Assembly (NCBI GenBank): GCA_965204535.1
Contig: CBDBEV010000001.1
Span: 2,752,001-2,816,000 of the forward strand
Direction: 5' to 3'
DNA: 64,000 nt
DNA from: a bacterium
GTDB taxonomy: Bacteria > UBA8248
Shown piece by piece: positions 48,677 through 56,500 of this stretch. Under the pieces are notes generated by a model, which searched no databases, had not been told where the DNA came from, and was given only the letters and a program-made list of their open reading frames with translations. Made by a program: the position numbers and the translations under genes. How positions within the stretch are numbered: position 1 is the stretch's first letter; each line of letters starts with the position of its first letter.

Positions 48677-48898
48677 ATGAGTCAGATTACGGCACGCTTG
48701 CCGGATGAGGTGGTCGATGCGCTGGACGCAGCAGCGAGCCGCCTCAGGCGCAGCCGGGCGGAGATCGTCCGCCAGGCGATTGAACATTATCTGGAGGATT
48801 TCGACGATCTCTCGGTGGCAGTGGAACGGCTGCGCGACCCGAGCGACCCGGTGCTCGACTGGGATCAGGTAAGGCGTGAACTTCTCGATACGGATTAA
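48677..48898 (+). CDS. Ribbon-helix-helix (RelB/CopG-like) antitoxin
   Basis: QITARLPDE..LD..SRAEIVRQAIEHYLED..WDQV; AAGGAGG RBS. Confidence 0.85.
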   Translation: MSQITARLPDEVVDALDAAASRLRRSRAEIVRQAIEHYLEDFDDLSVAVERLRDPSDPVLDWDQVRRELLDTD

Positions 48899-49133
48899 GC
48901 GGAGCGCGGTCAGGGAACTGAGGCGTCTCGCGAAGGAGGATCGCATCCGGATCGTCGAGGCCGTCGACCGGCTGGCGGAGAACCCGTTTCTCGGTAGCGC
49001 GCTCAAGGGAGATTTGCGGGGTCTTCGGCGTCTTCGCGTCGGCGACTACCGCGTGATTTACGAGGTGCAGGGCGATGCCCTCGTCGTGCTGGTTATCCGC
49101 GTCGCCCACCGGCGGGAGGCGTATCGCCGGTGA
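48876..49133 (+). CDS. relE: RelE/ParE family toxin
   Basis: LAENP..LKG..RRLRVGDYRVIYEV..VAHRREAY; overlaps the antitoxin. Confidence 0.9.
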   Translation: MNFSIRIKRSAVRELRRLAKEDRIRIVEAVDRLAENPFLGSALKGDLRGLRRLRVGDYRVIYEVQGDALVVLVIRVAHRREAYRR

Positions 49134-49163
49134 GGGGGTGGGCGCAATCACGCGCGGCAACCC

Positions 49164-49227
49164 GTGGGGGCGGTTCGCGAATCACCCACGGCAAATAGAC
49201 ATGGGGCCGTTCACGAACGGCCCCTGC
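49164..49227. repeat. Degenerate REP doublet related to 32921-32948
   Basis: GTGGGGGCGGTTCGCGAATCACCC and GGGGCCGTTCACGAACGGCCCCTGC. Confidence 0.6.
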
Positions 49228-49281
49228 GCACTTCTCTCCTTCCCGGTTGGGATTGACGCTGAAACGACACCCATCTCCGTT

Positions 49282-49644
49282 TCAATCTCCTCCCGTAATC
49301 CACCGCGCGGATTCGGCGAGCCGCTCCTTCGCCCGGGTGATTTTTCCTGAGTCGACGAGCAGTTCTCCGCCCGTTTTCACCTTCTTGCCGGCGATGAAGA
49401 CGGTATCCACGTCCGAACGCTCCGCATAGAAGACGACGGCGCGGGCGGCGTCCGCCGCAGGCGTCATGGCGAGGCCGTTTTTCCGGATGAGGATGAGGTC
49501 GGCCTGCTTGCCGGGCGTGACCGAGCCGATTCTATCCGCCATGCCCATCGCGTGCGCGTTGTTGATGGTGGCCCAGGCGAGCGCGTCGCGCGCCGAAAAA
49601 GAAAGAGAGGGCGCGCGGTAGGTGTTCTCATCCAGGCGGCGGTT
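49282..49644 (-). pseudogene. Detached 3' end copy of the amidohydrolase at 51351-52697
   Basis: 49298-49644 aligns without gaps to 51367-51713 (347 bp, about 17 mismatches by manual count). Confidence 0.93.
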
Positions 49645-49697
49645 AGTCTTGATTACACCCTCAACGCGGTGTAGACGAATTGATTGGCATTGACAAG

Positions 49698-50132
49698 TTA
49701 TTTCACTTTTCTTCCTTGCACCGCATCAGAGCGCAACTTGGAACCAATCTCAGATTCGACAATTTTATCGCGAAGGGTATCGATTGTATCAGTTCGGTGA
49801 ACAGGTAGATCTAGAAAGCGAGCAAACTTTTCGATTGCTACTTTGGTTGGAAATTCATTACCCAACAATTCCCTGCCCGCTTCCCGCGTTTGGGAAGCAT
49901 GTAGTTTCTCCGAGACTTCCGAAAACACAGTATCAGAATACGGATGGCGACACTTTGTAGCCATCATTCTTGATGCTGTTCTCACTTCGTAAATCCGGAG
50001 CTTACCATTGCCCCGCAATAGAGCATCGAGCTCATCTGCCGACGATCTTTCGACTAAATCCGCTAATTTCCTCAAAAGTATGCCAACGTCTCCGGCTTCG
50101 CCGGGCGACCTCTTGTTACTTTTTCTTGTCAT
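49698..50132 (-). CDS. Hypothetical protein coupled to the ParA-like ATPase
   Basis: 144-aa AT-rich ORF with 4-bp overlap to upstream gene; no family recognised. Confidence 0.65.
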   Translation of the reverse strand: MTRKSNKRSPGEAGDVGILLRKLADLVERSSADELDALLRGNGKLRIYEVRTASRMMATKCRHPYSDTVFSEVSEKLHASQTREAGRELLGNEFPTKVAIEKFARFLDLPVHRTDTIDTLRDKIVESEIGSKLRSDAVQGRKVK

Positions 50133-51067
50133 AGGCCTATCCCCTTGATAAAGGTGTCTGTAACGGCCTCAAGACCCGCAACGACGCTCTGGTGGCTACC
50201 AGAATTGTATCCCTTGAGAACAGGAGGAATACCGAACTGCGGAGAATCCCCAAATATTGTGTCGTTCCGCTTGATATAAGGTTCCATTACGTCAACGCCG
50301 GACAAACGGCGGGCCTGAGTAATGAACGGCCTTTGTGTTGATATAGGTTGACCTCGGTATTCCTGGATCATAGTGAACACCACATACAAAATTCTAGGAT
50401 TGATTGAATCCGTTTCTCCGCCCGCATCCAACTCAGCGTACTCATTATATTCATGAATGAGCGTGTTTGTACTCCGAATCAAATAATCTATCCCAAGTGT
50501 CGATAGATAATCAGGACGCGCAGGCACTAAAATATAGTTGCTGGCAATAATTGCGGTCTTGGTTACGATATTGAAATTTGGCGGGCAATCAATGAGCACC
50601 ACGTCGTACTTGCCCGCATCGACTTCGCTCAATCCTATAGAAAGCATGCTGTGCACGGAGATAAAATTGCGCTTGGCTTGCGTAAGGTTCGCTCCTCCCA
50701 ATTTTGTAGCCAATTCGAGATCGACGTTGATTAGGCCCAGGTGGGATGGGATCAAGTCAACCTGCCCATTTCGTGGATGTAGGATTTCCGCGATTCGGTT
50801 CGGCGTAAAGATAATGTCTGAAAGCGGTAAAGGCGTCCCGGATTCGAATGAGTCGAACCAACTTTTGATAGTTCGATCATCCGCGTAATTATCCTGCCAA
50901 TCGTCTGGAGCTATGAACGAGAACGTCAAACTCGCTTGAGCATCCAAGTCAATCATAAGTACTTTATGACCTCGCCATGCCAACTCAGCAGCGAGATTTG
51001 CCGTCAGAGTGGTTTTCCCGACACCGCCTTTATAATTGATTATTGATACGATTTCCATGAGGGCCAA
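50129..51067 (-). CDS. ParA/Soj-family ATPase, no ParB adjacent
   Basis: Deviant Walker A NYKGGVGKTT, IDLDAQASLT, LIPSH, IDCPPN, PDYLS. Confidence 0.88.
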   Translation of the reverse strand: MALMEIVSIINYKGGVGKTTLTANLAAELAWRGHKVLMIDLDAQASLTFSFIAPDDWQDNYADDRTIKSWFDSFESGTPLPLSDIIFTPNRIAEILHPRNGQVDLIPSHLGLINVDLELATKLGGANLTQAKRNFISVHSMLSIGLSEVDAGKYDVVLIDCPPNFNIVTKTAIIASNYILVPARPDYLSTLGIDYLIRSTNTLIHEYNEYAELDAGGETDSINPRILYVVFTMIQEYRGQPISTQRPFITQARRLSGVDVMEPYIKRNDTIFGDSPQFGIPPVLKGYNSGSHQSVVAGLEAVTDTFIKGIGL

Positions 51068-51350
51068 TCTTTCCTTTGCATTGGGCCGGGATTTTCATGC
51101 TGAACTTTCCAGCAATTTTAGCTTGGATTTGTCATCCTATGTCTAACTTTGGGCTAGTGAATATGTCGCAATCAATCGCAATCGTTTAGAAATTCGTTGA
51201 GATAGCCCATTTCTATCCAAGCAACAAAATCACTATTCTCAACATGACTGACCATACCCTTTTTCTTTTCGATCTTCCAGCCTTCTTTTTCGGTACTCCA
51301 GCAAAGTTGAGGATGAATTTCTCGTGTGTCTGAAGTTCGCATTGTTCCTT

Positions 51351-52697
51351 TCACCCCCCACTCCTCATCCACCGCGCGGATTCGGCGAGCCGCTCCTTCG
51401 CCCGGGCGATTTTACCTGAGTCGACGAGCAGTTCTCCGTTCGTTTTCACCTTCTCGCCGGCGATGAAGACGGTATCCACGTTCGAGCGCTCCGCATAGAA
51501 GACGACGGCGCGGGCGGCGTCTCCTGCGGGCGTCATGTTGAGGTCGTCTTTCCGGATGAGGATGAGGTCGGCCTGCTTGCCGGGCGTGACCGAGCCGATT
51601 CTCTCCGCCATGCCCATCGCGTGCGCGTTGTTGATGGTGGCCCACGCGAGCGCGTCGCGCGCCGAAAAAGAAAGAGAGGGCGCGCGGTAGGTGTTCTCAT
51701 CCAGGCGGCGGTTGTCGAATATCCGCTGGACCTGAAGCGCGTGGCGCATGGCGTGGAGCATGTTCCCGCTCACGTAGGTCTCCAGGTCCACGCCGAGAGA
51801 AGGCCTGCCGCCCAGCGCGCTCACGCGCCCGCAGACGGCCTCGCCCCGGTTCGTCTGCATCTCGGCCGAAGGCGTGGCCGTGATAGAGGCGCCCGAGTCG
51901 ATGATGATCTTTAACTCCTCATCGTCCACGTAGTTGCAGTGCACGAGGTTGTGATCGGGGCCGAGAACGCCCTCTGCGGCCAGCGTGTGGTAACCGCCCT
52001 TCACCTTTCTGCTCGCGTCGCCCCAGATGTGCGCGCTCGATAACAGCCCGTATTCCCGCGCTAGGCGCATGTCGTGAAGCGCCACATCCAACGGGGAGTA
52101 GTCGGCGCCCAGAATGGCCATCGCCAGCGTGATGAGCCCATCGTCACCAGCCAGGCGGCCTGTCCGCAGCCGCTTGATCTCGCTCGCCGGATGCGGGATT
52201 TGCGAATAGTGGGGCTCGCCCTCCCTGGGCTTCGGCTTGGGCGTTCCGTGCCCGAAAAGGGCGCGGATGCCGGATTCTTCCAGAGCGTCTATGCCGGCGT
52301 CGGTGTGTTCGGGGGTGGGGTTGTTGTGGCACCAGTCGAACAGCGTCGTGGTGCCCGCTTCCATCTGCGCCCATGCGCCCACCAGCGTCGCGATGTAGAC
52401 GTCCTCGGGCCGGTAGCGCGGGGCGAGGGTCTCATGCGCGATCTCGAAATAGCTGCGCCCGCCCCAGTCGCCGCCCAGGCCGCGAAGCGCGGTTTGCCAG
52501 GTGTGCATGTGGGCGTTGATGAGGCCGGGCAGTAGGATCATGCCGCCGGCGTCGATGGTTTCCGCGTCCGTCTCCGGGATGTTCCCGCCCACCGCGGAAA
52601 TCAGCCCGTTCTCGATTAAGACGTCGCCGCTTTCGATCTCCCCGACCTCGGGGTCCATCGAGAGAATCATCGCGTCTCGGATGAGGATTTTCGTCAT
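51351..52697 (-). CDS. Metal-dependent amidohydrolase (TrzA/AtzA/SsnA-like)
   Basis: LPGLINAHMH, GTTT, SAHI, LVHC, LGVD, ATINNAHAMG..GSVTPGKQAD. Confidence 0.92.
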   Translation of the reverse strand: MTKILIRDAMILSMDPEVGEIESGDVLIENGLISAVGGNIPETDAETIDAGGMILLPGLINAHMHTWQTALRGLGGDWGGRSYFEIAHETLAPRYRPEDVYIATLVGAWAQMEAGTTTLFDWCHNNPTPEHTDAGIDALEESGIRALFGHGTPKPKPREGEPHYSQIPHPASEIKRLRTGRLAGDDGLITLAMAILGADYSPLDVALHDMRLAREYGLLSSAHIWGDASRKVKGGYHTLAAEGVLGPDHNLVHCNYVDDEELKIIIDSGASITATPSAEMQTNRGEAVCGRVSALGGRPSLGVDLETYVSGNMLHAMRHALQVQRIFDNRRLDENTYRAPSLSFSARDALAWATINNAHAMGMAERIGSVTPGKQADLILIRKDDLNMTPAGDAARAVVFYAERSNVDTVFIAGEKVKTNGELLVDSGKIARAKERLAESARWMRSGG

Positions 52698-52787
52698 GCG
52701 CCGCTTCCCGCCTCGGGGAATTCATCCGGTCCGCAGGGCTTTTTCATGGACAGTAATTTTGAGGGTGTTCGGTTTCCGCGCCAAATA

Positions 52788-53003
52788 TCAGATGGCTTTT
52801 ATGGAGTGAAGGGGCAGTGCTTCGGTTTCCAGCGTGGACAGGTCGACTCGCCGCGACGCGTGGTCGATGTCGAAGCCGACCACGCCACCATCGGCGGCGA
52901 TGTCCACATTGAGTCCGTCGGAAACTTCGCGCGTCTCTGTCCCCGGTTCGGTTCTGAACTCGATATAGAGGTTGTCGGTTTCGGGATAATAATGAAGTTT
53001 CAT
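52788..53003 (-). CDS. DUF2283 family protein (putative antitoxin)
   Basis: MKLHYYPETDNLYIEF..ETREV..NVDIAADGGVVGFDIDHAS. Confidence 0.85.
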   Translation of the reverse strand: MKLHYYPETDNLYIEFRTEPGTETREVSDGLNVDIAADGGVVGFDIDHASRRVDLSTLETEALPLHSIKAI

Positions 53004-53251
53004 GGCACATCCTTTCTGAATCCGCGATCGAAGAAGGCGTTGTGCACGGTTTCTCCGTCAGTAAGCGTAATCACGCGGAGCATTCGTGGAGTGTCTTCCC
53101 CGGATACCGGAATCTCTCCCCAAAAGCGAATACGTCCATCCTGTTGTTCCTCGCGGCGAAGAGGTTCGCTGATGACCTCGGCGCACCATTCGCGCTCGAT
53201 GTATGGTCGCTTGCGCAAAACCTGTTCCTCGAAATATCGTGTCGTTTTCAT
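53000..53251 (-). CDS. Putative RelE/BrnT-like toxin partner of DUF2283
   Basis: 83 aa; KRPYI..QDGRIRFWG..LRVITLTDGETVHNAFFDR; 4-bp overlap with DUF2283 gene. Confidence 0.7.
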   Translation of the reverse strand: MKTTRYFEEQVLRKRPYIEREWCAEVISEPLRREEQQDGRIRFWGEIPVSGEDTPRMLRVITLTDGETVHNAFFDRGFRKDVP

Positions 53252-53465
53252 GCGCTGTTGCCGAATATCACTTCCAATTTACTTTCTTTTTGTTTTCTTT
53301 GCACGGGAATCGGGATGATGGATGAGATTTTGCGACAGCACCCGACACTGTCCCGAGCCACACGGCGTCTTGTAGCAGATAATGTCTCCGTCTGCCAGAA
53401 ACGACGCATACCGAAGTGTTCAGGGTCCATCGAGAGAACCGTCGCGTTTCGGATGAGGGTTTTCG

Positions 53466-54116
53466 TCATGCCCCGCTTCCCGCCTCGGGGAATTCATCCG
53501 GCCAGTCGGCGAGCAGCGCTTCGAGATAGGCCTTCAGGTCGTCGGGATTCTTGCGGCGGATCTTGTTCCTGTCGATCTCATCTTGCGCCTCGATGGGGAT
53601 TCCCAGCGCGTCGTTGAACTTGTTCCTCATGTTGAAATAGGTGATGACCATGGTGAGTTCCACGATTTCCGTGTCCGTGAAATGCTTTTTCACTTCGGCG
53701 AAGACGTCGTCCCGCTCCCTCGCCGTGTTTAGAGTCACGTGTTCCGCCCAGAGCAGGACGGTGCGCTCTTTCTCTGTGAAAGGGCTGTAATCGCCCTCGC
53801 TGATGGCGGCTATATCCGTCTCCGTGATGCCCACCGATTGACCAACCGGCGTGTTGTGCGCCAGTCAGTAGGCGCAGTTGTTGAGCCGGCTGGTGTTGAT
53901 GATGGCGAGCTCCTTCGTCTTCGTGTCGAGGGCCGAACCGAGGCCCTGGCGCAGGAGTGAGGAGGTGAGCGGCAGCATGAACTTCGTGATGAACGGCTGG
54001 TTCGCCATCACGCGCCAGGCGTTGGGGATTCGGTTCAGCAGGACGCTCGCGTGGTCGAAGAGGTGGTTCACGACGGGGTCGTCGGCGCCTGATTCAAGCA
54101 TGGGTATGCGGGACAC
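53466..54116 (-). CDS. AhpD/CMD-family protein with in-frame UGA (CAYU), probable selenoprotein, 216 aa
   Basis: The two predicted ORFs are in frame: LDTKTKELAIINTSRLNNCAY-UGA-LAHN..FTEKERTVLLWAE..EIVELT; GGAG RBS before GTG 54116; hairpin after UGA. Confidence 0.85.
53832..53851 (-). promoter_or_regulatory. Bacterial SECIS-like hairpin
   Basis: mRNA CGCCGGUU-GGUC-AAUCGGUG; G-initiated apical loop begins 21 nt after the UGA at 53867-53865. Confidence 0.75.
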
Positions 54117-54325
54117 GGCTTTGCTCCTTTCGGGATTCGGGTTTCTTGAGAATGTCCCATTCTCCGATGAAACGCGGATTTTTGGAACCGCGGGGGCCTT
54201 CAGGCCGCTGCTCGCGTTGGGTGCCTTTCTTTGGCGGCAGTTGTGCAGGGAGGTGGTTTGGTGAAGAATAGAAACTGTCAGCGCCTTTTGATTCTCACTA
54301 TTGTGCCGTGTCCAAGGAATGTGCG

Positions 54326-54508
54326 ATGTCCGATACGCTAATCGAGAGAAACCCGGATATCCTAGGCGGGACGCCCGTTTTCGCAGGCACCAGGGTTCCC
54401 GTGCGCACCCTGATGGAGCATCTCGAAGCAGGCGACAGGCTCGACGATTTTCTGGAAGACTTCCCGACGGTGTCGCGAGAGCAGGCACTCGAAGCGCTCG
54501 AACGCTAA
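54326..54508 (+). CDS. DUF433 antitoxin-like protein (C-terminus probably clipped)
   Basis: PDILGGTPVFAGTRVPV..L..G..DFLEDFPTVSREQ. Confidence 0.85.
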   Translation: MSDTLIERNPDILGGTPVFAGTRVPVRTLMEHLEAGDRLDDFLEDFPTVSREQALEALER

Positions 54509-54515
54509 TCCGGCG

Positions 54516-54568
54516 CTTCCCGTCATCATCATGATCGCTCGCCGGAACCGGCTGCGGAAATTGCAACA
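54516..54568 (+). pseudogene. Possible C-terminal remnant of a DUF5615/PIN toxin
   Basis: Reads LPVIIMIARRNRLRKLQ, similar to the C-terminal part of DUF433 partner proteins; ends at an IS-type end. Confidence 0.45.
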
Positions 54569-54715
54569 GGGGCTGTTGAAAATCCTGATTTCGTGATTCG
54601 GCGTATGGAGCTAACCGAGAAGAGTGGAAAACCTCATTTGCTACTTCTTCGATCGCATTTAACCTTTGAGGGTTATGGCCGACTCACAAGAAAGGGAATT
54701 CACTCCCCCCTTGAG

Positions 54716-56231
54716 GGGCCTGTTGAAAAACCCCTGGTTTTGTGATCGTATGGATGTATTCCCCCTCGCCCGAGATGGGAGTTCCGGAGATGTTGGACCG
54801 CAAGAGGCGCGAGCAGATGGACTTGTTCGTGGCCGGCCCGCTGGAGAAGTTGATTCCCGAAGATCACATATTGCGCCAGGTGGACCGCGTACTGGATTTG
54901 AGTTGGCTTCGCGAGGAAGTGGCGGAGTGCTATTGCGCGGACAACGGTCGACCGGGGATCGACCCGGAAGTGGTGATCCGGTTGATGCTGGCGGGCCTGC
55001 TGCTGGGCTACGCGGAGGACCGCCGCCTGCTGCGCGAGGCGCAGGCGCACCTGGCGATCCGGTGGTTCATCGGGTACAGGCTGGACGAGGATTTGCCGGA
55101 TCATTCGAGCCTGACGCGTATCCGTCAACGCTGGGGGGAGGAGCGGTTCAAGGAGATATTTCGGCGCACGGTTCAGTCTTGCGTGGAGGCGAAGGTGGCG
55201 AAGGGAGAAGTGGTTCACATGGACGCGTCTTTGATACGCGCGGACGTGAGCTGGGAGAGTCTGGCGGAGCGCCACGCGGAGAAGGTGGTGCGGGAGAACG
55301 ACTCGGAGGATGAGGGCGGGAAGAAGGGCGGCGGCGGGGGTTCGGGTCCGGTGAGCCGAACGGACCCCGACGCGCGCCTGGCGCGCAAGAGCGCTCGGGC
55401 GGGGTTCGAGCCGAGCTACAAGCACCACGCGGTGGTGGACGATGAGCGTGGGGTGGTTCTCGACGTAGAGGTGACGGAGGGGACGTTGAACGAGCGGGAG
55501 ATGATGGAGCCGCAGTTGGATGCGGTTTGCGAGCTCACGGGTCGCGCGCCCGCGGTGGTGACGGCGGATAGTGGTTATGCGTATTCGAAGGTGTACGGCG
55601 CATTGGAGCGTCGGGGGGTCGCCGCGCTGATACCGGCGAAGAAGGAACCCACCCAGAGCCGGGTGCCGTTGCAACTGTTCCGCTACGACGAGCGGAATGA
55701 GGTGGTGAAGTGTCCGGGGGGCAAGACGCTGCGCCCCCGGAAGGAGACGGAGCGGGGGCGCTGGTATGTATCGAGGACCCGCGATTGCGCGGGGTGCGCG
55801 CTCAAGGCCGATTGTCTGTCGGCGTCTCGCACGAGCAGGGCGGTTCTGATTCCGCACGAGTATCCGGCGCTGTTGCGCGCGCGCCGTCGCCACGCGCGCC
55901 GTGGGGAGGAGGAGGGTCGGCTGTGGCGGCGCCACATGGGTCGCTCGGAGGGCTATCACGGCGAGGCGAAGAGTCGGCACGGACTGGCGCGGGCGGTACG
56001 CCGGGGTCTTGCGAACGTGAAGATCCAGGCCTACCTGACGGCGACTGCGGTGAACCTCAAGCGGCTCGCCGCCGCTGTGGCCGCGGGTTTATTCGCTCTG
56101 TGGCGGGCCTGGGCCGCCCGGAAACGCCGAATGAGCGCATATCGCGGCCTCACGCGCCGATTGGGCTTCCTCTCCCAGGCCGCGTGAGCCGCCATACATC
56201 CCGCTTCAAAACGGGGTTTTTCAACAGCCCC
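54716..56231 (+). mobile_element. IS1182-family insertion sequence, apparently intact
   Basis: TIRs GGGCCTGTTGAAAAACCCC / GGGGTTTTTCAACAGCCCC around one transposase; exact ends uncertain by a few bp. Confidence 0.88.
54790..56187 (+). CDS. IS1182-family DDE transposase
   Basis: IPEDHILR, GRPGIDP, LPDHSSLTRIR, MDASLIRA, TDPDA, ADSGY, CPGG..CAGCALKADC, RGLANV..NLKRL. Confidence 0.92.
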   Translation: MLDRKRREQMDLFVAGPLEKLIPEDHILRQVDRVLDLSWLREEVAECYCADNGRPGIDPEVVIRLMLAGLLLGYAEDRRLLREAQAHLAIRWFIGYRLDEDLPDHSSLTRIRQRWGEERFKEIFRRTVQSCVEAKVAKGEVVHMDASLIRADVSWESLAERHAEKVVRENDSEDEGGKKGGGGGSGPVSRTDPDARLARKSARAGFEPSYKHHAVVDDERGVVLDVEVTEGTLNEREMMEPQLDAVCELTGRAPAVVTADSGYAYSKVYGALERRGVAALIPAKKEPTQSRVPLQLFRYDERNEVVKCPGGKTLRPRKETERGRWYVSRTRDCAGCALKADCLSASRTSRAVLIPHEYPALLRARRRHARRGEEEGRLWRRHMGRSEGYHGEAKSRHGLARAVRRGLANVKIQAYLTATAVNLKRLAAAVAAGLFALWRAWAARKRRMSAYRGLTRRLGFLSQAA

Positions 56232-56500
56232 CTCAAGGGGGGAGTGATTGTAAAGCACACGATAAGGAGGGGAGCGATGTCTCCTCCCGCCTTGGTCGGA
56301 AATAATGCCGGAATGACAGCAATCCCGGTATTGTAGGCTTTTTCAACAGCCCAACCCCTCGTCCCCGAAGTAGTCGAAATCCTGTCCGTAAACCTGCAAA
56401 GCCGCATCTGCCGCGTTCCGGCCTGAACCGGGCCGCAACTTGCGCCGCGAAGGGCACGGGTGGGAAGATGCGCCCGTTTTGAATCGACACCCTGAGAAAG

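Larger units (their letters stand above)
52651..53501. repeat. 79-bp imperfect direct repeat (52651-52729 and 53423-53501) bracketing a two-gene cassette
   Basis: Both copies span the CMD stop/amidohydrolase start junction; 5 mismatches by manual alignment. Confidence 0.9.
54569..56352. mobile_element. Outer pair of IS1182-like ends enclosing the full IS (nested element)
   Basis: GGGGCTGTTGAAAATCCT at 54569 and AGGCTTTTTCAACAGCCC ending at 56352. Confidence 0.6.

Noticed and set aside
51172-51372. 66-aa ORF downstream of the amidohydrolase
   Set aside because: No motif or good start; more likely a remnant within the inserted DNA.
53248-53469. 73-aa ORF MTKTLIRNATVLSMDPE..
   Set aside because: Chimera of the duplicated first 17 or so amidohydrolase codons and unrelated inserted DNA.
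53466-54566. Two separate genes or a nonsense pseudogene at the CMD locus
   Set aside because: In-frame UGA at the catalytic Cys position plus a SECIS-like hairpin favours one recoded gene starting at 54116.
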